A DNA stretch of 22,774 nt from a virus (Duplodnaviria; Heunggongvirae; Uroviricota; Caudoviricetes): positions 1 through 22,774 of the IMG/VR virus record IMGVR_UViG_2675903366_000010, one strand, 5' to 3'. Below the pieces are notes generated by a model, which was given only the letters and a program-made list of their open reading frames with translations, made no database searches and was not told the DNA's origin. Shown here piece by piece: positions 8,851 through 18,037 of the stretch. The position numbers and the translations under genes are program-made. The number at the start of each line of letters is the position of its first letter. The stretch's first letter is position 1.

Positions 8851-9007
8851 CTGGATTCTCCTGTCAGTTAGCTTTGGTTGTGTGTGGGAGTCGTAGTCCT
8901 GAACGAAAACACCCCGCAATGGCACATTGGCAGCTAATCCGGATTCGCACTTCCGGCCAATGCTTCGTTTCGTATCACACACACCAAAGCCTTCTGCTTT
9001 GAATGCT

Positions 9008-9038
9008 GCCCTTCTTCAGGGCTTAATTTTTAAGAGCC
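9008..9038 (-). promoter_or_regulatory. nutL (boxA-like GCTCTTAAAAATTAA plus boxB GCCCTGAAGAAGGGC)
   Basis: Exact lambda nutL boxB hairpin on the minus strand with adjacent boxA-like element, upstream of N. Confidence 0.85.
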
Positions 9039-9083
9039 TCACCTTCAATGGTGGTCAGTGCGTCCTGCTGATGGCTTAAAATT

Positions 9084-9152
9084 ACAAGGAAGATTGTATG
9101 TTGTAAACAAGAAATATTGTAAAAAAGGGGCGTGAAAAACAAACTCCATTGT
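9084..9152 (-). promoter_or_regulatory. oL/pL of 434 type: three 14-bp operators ACAAGGAAGATTGT (9084-9097), ACAAGAAATATTGT (9107-9120), ACAAACTCCATTGT (9139-9152)
   Basis: ACAA-N6-TTGT 434 operator architecture read directly from the sequence; sits between nutL and the cI operon. Confidence 0.85.
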
Positions 9153-9202
9153 TTTTAAACGGAAAATAGTTTGTTTTTTTGTTATCGAGATTGAGGTGGG
9201 GA

Positions 9203-10555
<1,353 letters not shown>

Positions 10556-10563
10556 GACATTCC

Positions 10564-10595
10564 CGCTCTTACACATCCCAGCCCTGAAAAAGGGC
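10564..10595 (+). promoter_or_regulatory. nutR (boxA CGCTCTTACACATCCCA, boxB GCCCTGAAAAAGGGC), followed by a tR1-region hairpin (about 10622-10640)
   Basis: Exact lambda-type boxA/boxB downstream of cro. Confidence 0.85.
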
Positions 10596-10674
10596 ATCAA
10601 AATAAACCACACCTATGGTGTATGCATTTATTTGCATACATTCAATCAATTGTTATCTAAGGAAATACTTACAT

Positions 10675-10968
10675 ATGGTTCGTGCAAACAAACGCAACGA
10701 GGCTCTACGAATCGAGAGTGCGTTGCTTAACAAAATCGCAATGCTTGGAACTGAGAAGACAGCGGAAGCTGTGGGAGTTGATAAGTCGCAGATCAGCAGG
10801 TGGAAGAGGGATTGGATTCCAAAGTTCTCAATGCTGCTTGCTGTTCTTGAATGGGGTGTCGTCGACGACGACATGGCTCGATTGGCACGACAAGTTGCTT
10901 CGATTCTCACCAATAAAAAACGCCCGGCGGCAACCGAGCGTTCTGAACAAATCCAGATGGAATTCTGA
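10675..10968 (+). CDS. cII: CII transcriptional activator (97 aa)
   Basis: MVRANKRNEALRIESALLNKIAMLGTEKTAEAVGVDKSQISRWKRDWIPKF matches lambda CII; internal ATG of the 117-aa track ORF preceded by TAAGGA. Confidence 0.95.
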   Translation: MVRANKRNEALRIESALLNKIAMLGTEKTAEAVGVDKSQISRWKRDWIPKFSMLLAVLEWGVVDDDMARLARQVASILTNKKRPAATERSEQIQMEF

Positions 10969-11000
10969 GGTTATTACTGGAACTATCAACAGGAGTCATT

Positions 11001-11900
11001 ATGACAAATACAGCAAAAATACTCAACTTCGGCAGAGGTAACTTTGCCGGACAGGAGCGTAATGTGGCAGATCTCGATGATGGTTACGCCAGACTATCAA
11101 ATATGCTGCTTGAGGCTTATTCAGGCGCAGATCTGACCAAGCGACAGTTTAAAGTGCTGCTTGCCATTCTGCGTAAAACCTATGGGTGGAATAAACCAAT
11201 GGACAGAATCACCGATTCTCAACTTAGCGAGATTACAAAGTTACCTGTCAAACGGTGCAATGAAGCCAAGTTAGAACTCGTCAGAATGAATATTATCAAG
11301 CAGCAAGGCGGCATGTTTGGACCAAATAAAAACATCTCAGAATGGTGTATCCCTCAAAACGAGGGAAAATCCCCTAAAACGAGGGATAAAACATCCCTCA
11401 AATTGGGGGATTGCTATCCCTCAAAACAGGGGAACACAAAAGACACTAATACAAAAGAAAATAGAAAAGATTATTCGTCAGAGAATTCTGGCGAATCCTC
11501 TGACCAGCCAGAAAACGACCTTTCTGTGGTGAAACCTGATGCTGCAATTCAGAGCGGCAGCAAATGGGGGACAGCAGAAGACCTGACCGCCGCAGAGTGG
11601 ATGTTTGACATGGTGAAGACTATCGCGCCATCAGCCAGAAAACCGAATTTTGCAGGGTGGGCTAACGATATCCGCCTGATGCGTGAACGTGACGGACGTA
11701 ACCACCGCGATATGTGTGTGCTGTTCCGCTGGGCCTGCCAGGACAACTTCTGGTCCGGTAATGTGCTGAGCCCGGCCAAACTCCGCGACAAGTGGACCCA
11801 GCTCGAAATCAACCGTAACAAGCAACAGGCAGTCGTGACAGCCAGCAAACCAAAACTCGACCTGACAAACACAGACTGGATTTACGGGGTGGATTTATGA
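11001..11900 (+). CDS. O: Replication initiator O
   Basis: 299-aa ORF matching lambda O; contains the origin iterons. Confidence 0.97.
   Translation: MTNTAKILNFGRGNFAGQERNVADLDDGYARLSNMLLEAYSGADLTKRQFKVLLAILRKTYGWNKPMDRITDSQLSEITKLPVKRCNEAKLELVRMNIIKQQGGMFGPNKNISEWCIPQNEGKSPKTRDKTSLKLGDCYPSKQGNTKDTNTKENRKDYSSENSGESSDQPENDLSVVKPDAAIQSGSKWGTAEDLTAAEWMFDMVKTIAPSARKPNFAGWANDIRLMRERDGRNHRDMCVLFRWACQDNFWSGNVLSPAKLRDKWTQLEINRNKQQAVVTASKPKLDLTNTDWIYGVDL
11349..11480. repeat. Lambda-type replication origin: four approximately 19-bp iterons (ATCCCTCAAAACGAGGGA-like) followed by an AT-rich stretch, inside O
   Basis: Tandem inverted-symmetry iterons at about 11349-11433 and an A-rich segment to about 11480, read directly. 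Confidence 0.85.
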
Positions 11901-12598
11901 AAAACATCGCCGCACAGATGGTTAACTTTGACCGTGAGCAGATGCGTCGGATCGCCAACAACATGCCGGAACAGTACGACGAAAAGCCTCAGGTACAGCA
12001 GGTAGCGCAGATCATCAACGGTGTGTTCAGCCAGTTACTGGCAACTTTCCCGGCGAGCCTGGCTAACCGTGACCAGAACGAACTGAACGAAATCCGCCGC
12101 CAGTGGGTTCTGGCTTTCCGGGAAAACGGGATCACCACAATGGAACAGGTTAACGCAGGAATGCGCGTAGCCCGTCGGCAGAATCGACCATTTCTGCCAT
12201 CACCCGGGCAGTTTGTTGCATGGTGCCGGGAAGAAGCATCCGTTATCGCCGGACTGCCAAACGCCAGCGAGCTGGTTGATATGGTTTACGAGTATTGCCG
12301 GAAGCGTGGCCTGTATCCAGATGCAGAGTCTTATCCGTGGAAATCAAACGCGCACTACTGGCTGGTTACCAACCTGTACCAGAACATGCGGGCCAATGCG
12401 CTGACTGACGCGGAATTACGGCGTAAGGCTGCCGATGAGCTGACCTGTATGACAGCGCGAATTAACTGTGGTGAGACTATACCTGAACCAGTAAAACAAC
12501 TTCCTGTCATGGGCGGCAGACCTCTAAATCGAGCACAGGCTCTGGCGAAGATCGCAGAAATTAAAGCTAAGTTCGGACTGAAAGGAGCAAGTGTATGA
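11897..12598 (+). CDS. P: Replication protein P (DnaB helicase loader)
   Basis: 233-aa ORF matching lambda P (MKNIAAQMVNFDREQMRRIANNMPEQYDEKPQVQQVAQIINGVF). Confidence 0.97.
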   Translation: MKNIAAQMVNFDREQMRRIANNMPEQYDEKPQVQQVAQIINGVFSQLLATFPASLANRDQNELNEIRRQWVLAFRENGITTMEQVNAGMRVARRQNRPFLPSPGQFVAWCREEASVIAGLPNASELVDMVYEYCRKRGLYPDAESYPWKSNAHYWLVTNLYQNMRANALTDAELRRKAADELTCMTARINCGETIPEPVKQLPVMGGRPLNRAQALAKIAEIKAKFGLKGASV

Positions 12599-12885
12599 CG
12601 GGCAAAGAGGCAATTATTCATTACCTGGGGACGCATAATAGCTTCTGTGCGCCGGACGTTGCCGCGCTAACAGGCGCAACAGTAACCAGCATAAATCAGG
12701 CCGCGGCTAAAATGGCACGGGCAGGTCTTCTGGTTATCGAAGGTAAGGTCTGGCGAACGGTGTATTACCGGTTTGCTACCAAGGAAGAACGGGAAGGAAA
12801 GATGAGCACGAACCTAATTTTTAAGGAGTGTCGCCAGAGTGCCGCGATGAAACGGGTATTGGCGGTATATGGAGTTAAAAGGTGA
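12595..12885 (+). CDS. ren: Ren
   Basis: 96-aa ORF matching lambda Ren (MTGKEAIIHYLGTHNSFCAPDVAALTGATVTSINQAAAKMARAG). Confidence 0.92.
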   Translation: MTGKEAIIHYLGTHNSFCAPDVAALTGATVTSINQAAAKMARAGLLVIEGKVWRTVYYRFATKEEREGKMSTNLIFKECRQSAAMKRVLAVYGVKR

Positions 12886-12910
12886 CCATCTACATCACTG
12901 AGCTAATAAC

Positions 12911-12945
12911 AGGCCTGCTGGTAATCGCAGGCCTTTTTATTTGGG
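12911..12945 (+). terminator. Intrinsic terminator (tR2-like) after ren
   Basis: AGGCCTGC-tggtaatc-GCAGGCCT followed by TTTTTATTT. Confidence 0.7.
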
Positions 12946-12957
12946 GGAGAGTAAATC

Positions 12958-13164
12958 GTGGTTGAGTTGATTTTTTCTGCATTGAGGATTCTCGGTGCTA
13001 TGTGGATGGTGTCGACGTTCATTGCGGTTGTCGGAAGTTTTGTCCGGTTGGTAGGCGAAGGTAAAGACCTGGTGGGTGTGCTGTTCGGTAGCATTCTCCT
13101 GTGGGTGATTATCGGTGTTGCGCCTGTCGCTGTAGCAAAAATGGCGTGGCGTTTTGTTAGTTGA
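12958..13164 (+). CDS. Small hydrophobic protein (68 aa, two predicted TM helices)
   Basis: GTG start 7 nt after GGGGGAGAG; sequence dominated by hydrophobic residues (FIAVVGSFVRLVG, ILLWVIIGVAPVAVA); GTG start and small size lower confidence. Confidence 0.45.
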   Translation: MVELIFSALRILGAMWMVSTFIAVVGSFVRLVGEGKDLVGVLFGSILLWVIIGVAPVAVAKMAWRFVS

Positions 13165-13171
13165 GGGGAAT

Positions 13172-13450
13172 ATGAGCGAGATCTACCGACAATTCGAAGA
13201 GTGGTGGTCAAAACACAAAAGCCCGTTCACGGAAGACGATGAGCTAAAAGAGTTTGCCTGGGAGATATGGCAGGCATCGCGAGCAACTATTGAACTGGAT
13301 ATCGACTGGCCCGAATCGAATGACGACTTTTGGAAAGATGGTGAAGAAGGTGCTTATGCGATGGGTTATGAGGATGGGCGTGACAAAACGGTAATTGCAG
13401 TAATGAAAGCCATCAGGGCCGCAGGAATCAAAGAAAAGAATTTCGATTAA
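13172..13450 (+). CDS. Hypothetical acidic protein (92 aa)
   Basis: ATG at 13172 after GAGGGG; MSEIYRQFEEWWSKHKSPFTEDDELKEFAWEIWQ...; inserted between ren and ninB relative to lambda. Confidence 0.6.
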   Translation: MSEIYRQFEEWWSKHKSPFTEDDELKEFAWEIWQASRATIELDIDWPESNDDFWKDGEEGAYAMGYEDGRDKTVIAVMKAIRAAGIKEKNFD

Positions 13451-13582
13451 GCAAATATCACTTCAATAAATCGCTTTTAAGGCATCACAATCGCTCTGTA
13501 GTGAGGTAAGTGCGTGCAAGGAATGCCGATAAGCAGCGAGAATGAAAAATGCGTCAGAATGCGTTTGAGGAGGTTTTAAGAA

Positions 13583-13798
13583 ATGAGTACGGTAGCTGAA
13601 CTTGTCAGGGCTAATTTTCGTGAAGAGTTGGTGCGTTGGTATCGGTATCGTTCATCGTCCAGTTTGCCGCTTGATGAGTTGTATGAGCATTCACCTGCCG
13701 CACGACGCTATCCGCGTGACCGTGTTCTTCGACGGTTGTTCAAACTCAACAATGAGTTTCAGCGCAACAGAATTATCCGGAGTCTGGATTTAAAGTGA
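13583..13798 (+). CDS. Hypothetical basic protein (71 aa)
   Basis: ATG preceded by GAGGAGG at 8-nt spacing; the overlapping alternative frame (13602-13793) lacks a comparable RBS. Confidence 0.55.
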   Translation: MSTVAELVRANFREELVRWYRYRSSSSLPLDELYEHSPAARRYPRDRVLRRLFKLNNEFQRNRIIRSLDLK

Positions 13799-13808
13799 AG
13801 GAGTGAGC

Positions 13809-13991
13809 ATGAGCGAGCAAATATTCAGAGAGATTAAGCCACGGTTTTATCGCAAGGTAAGGGTGGTTTATCAGGACGAAAACAAGACCTGTGCATACGC
13901 CATTCATAATGGTCGGTGGTCAGTGTTCGACACCAAAAACTTCGAGAAGAACTTCGAGAGGATTAAGGGTGATGAGGAAACTAACATTTGA
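13809..13991 (+). CDS. Hypothetical protein (60 aa)
   Basis: ATG at 13809 preceded by AAGGAG at 7 nt; overlaps ninB start by 20 nt. Confidence 0.5.
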   Translation: MSEQIFREIKPRFYRKVRVVYQDENKTCAYAIHNGRWSVFDTKNFEKNFERIKGDEETNI

Positions 13992-14412
13992 ACTAAGAAG
14001 CCCCATCCATCAGCAGAACGCCATTCAAGCTATCCAGCAAATTCTTCCAGACCCAACCAAACCAATCGTAGTAACCATTCAGGAACGCAACCGTAGCTTA
14101 GACCAAAACCGAAAGCTTTGGGCTTGCCTTGGTGACGTCTCGCGTCAGGTTGAATGGCATGGTCGATGGCTGGATGCAGAAAGCTGGAAGTGTGTGTTTA
14201 CCGCAGCATTAAAGCAGCAGGACGTTGTTCCTAACCTTGCCGGGAATGGCTTTGTGGTAATAGGCCAGTCAACCAGCAGGATGCGTGTAAGCGAATTTGC
14301 GGAGCTATTAGAGCTTATACAGGCATTCGGTACAGAGCGTGGCGTTAAGTGGTCAGACGAAGCGCGACTGGCTCTGGAGTGGAAAGCAAGATGGGGAGAC
14401 AGGGCGGCATGA
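13972..14412 (+). CDS. ninB: NinB (Orf family recombination mediator)
   Basis: Internal ATG gives a 146-aa protein [55 protein letters not shown] matching lambda NinB. Confidence 0.92.
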   Translation: MRKLTFELRSPIHQQNAIQAIQQILPDPTKPIVVTIQERNRSLDQNRKLWACLGDVSRQVEWHGRWLDAESWKCVFTAALKQQDVVPNLAGNGFVVIGQSTSRMRVSEFAELLELIQAFGTERGVKWSDEARLALEWKARWGDRAA

Positions 14413-14591
14413 GGCGACAACGACGAAGTATCACCGACATAATCTGTGAAAACTGCAAATACCTTCCAACGAAACGCTCCAGAAATAAACGCAAGCCAAT
14501 CCCAAAAGAATCTGATGTAAAAACCTTCAACTACACGGCTCACCTGTGGGATATCCGGTGGCTAAGACATCGTGCGAGGAATACAAGGTGA
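14409..14591 (+). CDS. ninE: NinE
   Basis: [53 protein letters not shown] matches lambda NinE; ATGA overlap with the ninB stop. Confidence 0.85.
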   Translation: MRRQRRSITDIICENCKYLPTKRSRNKRKPIPKESDVKTFNYTAHLWDIRWLRHRARNTR

Positions 14592-14683
14592 TTGACGCGA
14601 TGATTTATTTGGGGCTATATTCCTCACGCGCCAGCAAAATCTGGCGTCGGGATTAGGAACCCCGGATAGAGACCGCGACAGAC

Positions 14684-14708
14684 ACACGCCGCGAGCGTGT
14701 TTTTTATT
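14684..14708 (+). terminator. Intrinsic terminator-like hairpin in the ninE-roi intergenic region
   Basis: ACACGC-cgcga-GCGTGT followed by TTTTTTATT. Confidence 0.5.
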
Positions 14709-14868
14709 GTCGTATGCACGCGCACATCTGAATTATGGTGGGGCGTATGGGGGAGCTGAAAAGCTCGCCGGTTGGTTTCCCGGTAGTTCCTAACCCTGTA
14801 CGTCTCACCACCCGATGATTAGGAACCTGACGGTGGTGATAGTTTAGAAACCACTCGAGGGCGTCATT

Positions 14869-15549
14869 GTGACAACTCAAATCTCTGTTGAAACTCTCTC
14901 CCCGATCACCCATAACCAGATTCCTGTTATTACCACCGAACTTTTGGCGCAGCTTTATGGCACAGAAATTCTGAACATCCAGGTTAACTTCACCAGAAAC
15001 AAAGAGCGTTTTGTCGAAGGAAAGCACTTTTTTAAAGCATCTGGTGAGGAATTAAAAAATTTGCGACTTACTTTAAGTAAGTCACAAAACCCCATATCTC
15101 CCAAAGCCCGCTCCCTTATCCTCTGGACAGAACGCGGAGCAGCCCGTCATGCAAAAATGCTCGAAACCGATCAGGCGTGGGAAGTGTTCGAAAAACTGGA
15201 AGACTGCTATTTCAGCCAGGGCGAGAAAAATACTGGCAAACAAGAGAAGAAGCTCAACGGGCTTTCCGCAAAAGAAACAGACATCCTTGTATGGCTGTGG
15301 GATTATGCCAACCGCTCACAGGCATTGTTCCGTGAGTTGTATCCCGCATTAAAACTGATTCAGTCTGGCTATTCCGGCATATGCCACGACTACGGCTATG
15401 AGTTCTCGTATATCATCGGGAGGGCGAGGGGCGTTTTAATTAATCACACGCGGGATATAGATATTTATGAGCCTGACGGGCCGACGAACCTTCTGGCATT
15501 GGAAAGGCTTAATAACAAAGAGTTGCCGCCTTCACTGCATCGCTACTGA
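14869..15549 (+). CDS. roi: Roi-like DNA-binding protein (ORF6N-type N-terminal domain)
   Basis: 226-aa ORF with GTG start; N-terminal [30 protein letters not shown] resembles the ORF6N / Roi family of lambdoid phages. Confidence 0.7.
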   Translation: MTTQISVETLSPITHNQIPVITTELLAQLYGTEILNIQVNFTRNKERFVEGKHFFKASGEELKNLRLTLSKSQNPISPKARSLILWTERGAARHAKMLETDQAWEVFEKLEDCYFSQGEKNTGKQEKKLNGLSAKETDILVWLWDYANRSQALFRELYPALKLIQSGYSGICHDYGYEFSYIIGRARGVLINHTRDIDIYEPDGPTNLLALERLNNKELPPSLHRY

Positions 15550-15566
15550 CAATTGACAACTTAACA

Positions 15567-15593
15567 AACCCAGCTTCGGCTGGGTTTTTTATT
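15567..15593 (+). terminator. Strong intrinsic terminator after roi
   Basis: AACCCAGC-ttcg-GCTGGGTT (8-bp stem, tetraloop) followed by TTTTTTATT. Confidence 0.8.
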
Positions 15594-15617
15594 GCTGAAT
15601 TTTCAATGTGAGAGGAC

Positions 15618-16346
15618 ATGACAATGAATGAGCTGATAAATAACAATGCCATCAAAATGACAAGCATTGAAATCGCTGAGTTGGTGGGAAGCCAACACGG
15701 TAATGTCAGAATATCAATAGAACGTCTGGCAAAGCGTGGGGTGATTCAACTTCCTCCAATGCAAAAAGTTGAAAATAAACAAACAATTAGCCCTAACAAA
15801 TTCACAAGCGTGTATATATTCGAAGGCGAACAAGGTAAGCGCGATAGTATCATTGTCGTCGCCCAGTTGTCGCCAGAGTTCACCGCTCGCCTTGTTGACC
15901 GCTGGCGAGAACTCGAAGGGGCAACCGCGAAAATCCCACAAACCTTCTCTGAAGCATTGCGCCTCGCGGCTGACCTTGAAGACCAGAAGGCTGAACTGGA
16001 GAAACAGCTTGCTCTCGCAGCACCTAAAGTTGATTTTGCCGATCGCGTTGGCGAGGCCAGCGGAATTTTGATTGGAAACTTTGCAAAGGTTGTTGGTATT
16101 GGTCCAAACAAACTGTTTGCGTGGATGCGCGATCACAAAATCCTTATTGCTTCAGGTTCCCGGCGAAATGTGCCAATGCAGGAATATATGGATCGCGGCT
16201 ATTTCACAGTGAAAGAAACAGCGGTCAACACAAATCACGGAATACAGATATCGTTCACCACAAAAATAACCGGGCGTGGTCAACAGTGGCTGACCAGAAA
16301 GCTGCTCGATAACGGAATGCTGAAAGTAACAGGGGAGGCTGCTTAA
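15618..16346 (+). CDS. Phage antirepressor-type protein (Rha-like N-terminal domain plus KilAC/ANT C-terminal domain)
   Basis: N-terminal TSIEIAELVGSQHGNVRISIERL resembles Rha family; C-terminal DFADRV...FAKVVGIGPNKLFAWMRDHKIL resembles KilAC; probable start is the ATG at 15624 (AGGA 7 nt upstream). Confidence 0.75.
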   Translation: MTMNELINNNAIKMTSIEIAELVGSQHGNVRISIERLAKRGVIQLPPMQKVENKQTISPNKFTSVYIFEGEQGKRDSIIVVAQLSPEFTARLVDRWRELEGATAKIPQTFSEALRLAADLEDQKAELEKQLALAAPKVDFADRVGEASGILIGNFAKVVGIGPNKLFAWMRDHKILIASGSRRNVPMQEYMDRGYFTVKETAVNTNHGIQISFTTKITGRGQQWLTRKLLDNGMLKVTGEAA

Positions 16347-16636
16347 TGGCTAACCTACGCAAAGAAGCGCGCGGCAGAGAATGTCAGGTACGTATTTACG
16401 GCGTATGCAATGGCAATCCTGAAACTACAGTTCTGGCACATTACCGGATGGCTGGAATTTGCGGAACTGGAATGAAGCCTGACGACCTGATCGGCGCATG
16501 GGCTTGTAGCGCGTGTCACGATGAAATCGACCGACGCACCCATAATCTCGACAACAAAGACGCCAGACTTTACCACCTCGAAGGCGTGATCAGGACGCAG
16601 GCGATACTGCTGAAGGAGGGGAAGATTAAACCATGA
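16346..16636 (+). CDS. DUF1364-family protein (YbcO-like, Cys/His-rich putative nuclease)
   Basis: 96-aa ORF with CxVRIYGVCNGNPETTVLAHY...CSACHDE pattern; immediately upstream of rusA as in the DLP12 prophage. Confidence 0.7.
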   Translation: MANLRKEARGRECQVRIYGVCNGNPETTVLAHYRMAGICGTGMKPDDLIGAWACSACHDEIDRRTHNLDNKDARLYHLEGVIRTQAILLKEGKIKP

Positions 16637-16995
16637 ACGAATATCAGTTTGTGCTTCCATACCCGCCGTCGCTGAACACCTACTGGCGAAGACGGGGAAG
16701 CCAATACTACATCAGCGATAAAGGCCAGAAATACCGAAAAGACGTTCAGAAAATCATCCGCCAACTCAAGTTAGACATTTTCACCAAATCACGACTCCGC
16801 ATCAAAGTCATCGCAGACGTTCCAGACTCCCGCCGCCGCGACCTCGATAACATCCTGAAGGGTTTACTCGACTCCCTTATCCACGCCGGATTTGCGGAAG
16901 ACGACGAGCAATTCGATGACATTCGCGTAATTCGTGGTGTGAAAGTACCAGGCGGAAGGCTTGGAATAAAAATCACCGAACTGGAGAACGTATGA
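16633..16995 (+). CDS. rusA: RusA Holliday-junction resolvase
   Basis: 120-aa ORF with the DSRRRDLDN catalytic motif and overall RusA-family pattern. Confidence 0.9.
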   Translation: MNEYQFVLPYPPSLNTYWRRRGSQYYISDKGQKYRKDVQKIIRQLKLDIFTKSRLRIKVIADVPDSRRRDLDNILKGLLDSLIHAGFAEDDEQFDDIRVIRGVKVPGGRLGIKITELENV

Positions 16996-17180
16996 ACGCC
17001 ACAATTCAAACGATACCAGAGCTTCTTATCCAGACACGAGGCAATCAGACCGAAGTGGCGAGGATGCTTTCCTGCGCAAGAGGAGCAGTGCTCAAGTACA
17101 ACCGAGACAGCAAAGGCGAGCGTCACGTAATAGTTAACGGCGTCCTGATGGTCACGCCAGGCAAAAAGGGAAGACGATGA
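16992..17180 (+). CDS. ninH: NinH-like protein
   Basis: 62-aa ORF with GNQTEVARMLSCARGAVLKY resembling lambda NinH (GNQTEVARRLKCSRGTVRKY); directly upstream of Q. Confidence 0.7.
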   Translation: MNATIQTIPELLIQTRGNQTEVARMLSCARGAVLKYNRDSKGERHVIVNGVLMVTPGKKGRR

Positions 17181-17800
17181 GACTCGAAAGCGTAGCTAAA
17201 TTTCATTCGCCAAAAAGCCCGATGATGAGCGACTCACCACGGGCTACGGCTTCTGACTCTCTTTCCGGTACCGATGTGATGGCTGCTATGGGGATGGCGC
17301 AATCACAAGCCGGATTCGGAATGGCTGCATTCTGCGGTAAGCATGAACTCAGCCAGAACGACAAACAAAAGGCTATCAACTATCTGATGCAATTTGCACA
17401 CAAAGTATCGGGGAAATACCGTGGTGTGGCAAAGCTTGAAGGAAATACTAAGGCAAAGGTACTGCAAGTGCTCGCAACATTCGCTTATGCGGATTATTGC
17501 CGTAGTGCCGCTACGCCGGGCGCAAGATGCCGAGATTGCCACGGTACAGGCCGTGCGGTTGATATAGCCAAAACAGAGCAGTGGGGGATAGTTGCTGAGA
17601 AAGAGTGCGGAAGATGTAAAGGCGTCGGTTATTCAAGAATGCCAGCAAGCGCCGCATATCGCGCTGTGACGATGCTAATCCCAAACCTTACCCAACCCAC
17701 CTGGTCACGCACTGTTAAGCCGCTGTATGACGCTCTGGTTGTGCAATGCCACAAGGAAGAGTCAATCGCAGACAACATTTTGAATGCGATCACACGTTAG
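17177..17800 (+). CDS. Q: Late antiterminator Q, lambda type
   Basis: 207-aa ORF MRLESVAKFHSPKSPMMSDSPRATASDSLSGTDVMAAMGMAQSQAGFG matching lambda Q. Confidence 0.95.
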   Translation: MRLESVAKFHSPKSPMMSDSPRATASDSLSGTDVMAAMGMAQSQAGFGMAAFCGKHELSQNDKQKAINYLMQFAHKVSGKYRGVAKLEGNTKAKVLQVLATFAYADYCRSAATPGARCRDCHGTGRAVDIAKTEQWGIVAEKECGRCKGVGYSRMPASAAYRAVTMLIPNLTQPTWSRTVKPLYDALVVQCHKEESIADNILNAITR

Positions 17801-17842
17801 CGCCATGATTGCCACGGATGGCAACATATTAACGGCATAATA

Positions 17843-17871
17843 TTGACTTTTTGAATAACTTTGGGGAAACT
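17843..17871 (+). promoter_or_regulatory. Candidate late promoter pR' (TTGACT, 17-nt spacer, GAAACT) with presumed qut region
   Basis: Resembles lambda pR' (TTGACT ... gggTAAATT) in position and -35 hexamer; -10 is weak; no clear tR' hairpin found nearby. Confidence 0.4.
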
Positions 17872-18037
17872 TGACACCAATAATGGGCGTTTTTTACATG
17901 TCATTGATGAGTCTCAATAACCTGCCGCCGAGTAGTTTTTATGCTCTGAATTGTATTTGTGTAGTAAACATGCTGACTGCAATGTAATAGAGTTTTTTTA
18001 GCCTGTAACCTCTTGACGGCATTGAATTGCTTTTGTT

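Noticed and set aside
8851-8982. N-terminal extension of the 151-aa track ORF upstream of N
   Set aside because: N begins at the internal ATG (8848-8850) with a proper RBS; the extension runs toward nutL and matches no known N sequence
9023-9038. Possible boxA variant in nutL (GGCTCTTA rather than CGCTCTTA)
   Set aside because: Difference is relative to my memory of the lambda sequence only; cannot be verified without a reference alignment
12903-13211. 102-aa minus-strand ORF
   Set aside because: Antisense to the plus-strand small genes in a rightward operon; no RBS; Thr/Pro-rich low-complexity translation
15714-16136. Minus-strand ORFs (140 and 121 aa) and a plus-strand 100-aa ORF inside the antirepressor gene
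   Set aside because: Shadow ORFs within a gene with recognisable Rha and KilAC domains
17801-18037. Possible tRNA genes or a tR' terminator after Q (as in Stx phages and lambda)
   Set aside because: No cloverleaf-compatible sequence or GTTCGAATC-type T-loop seen, and no convincing hairpin plus T-run; region is AT-rich spacer with only a weak pR'-like promoter
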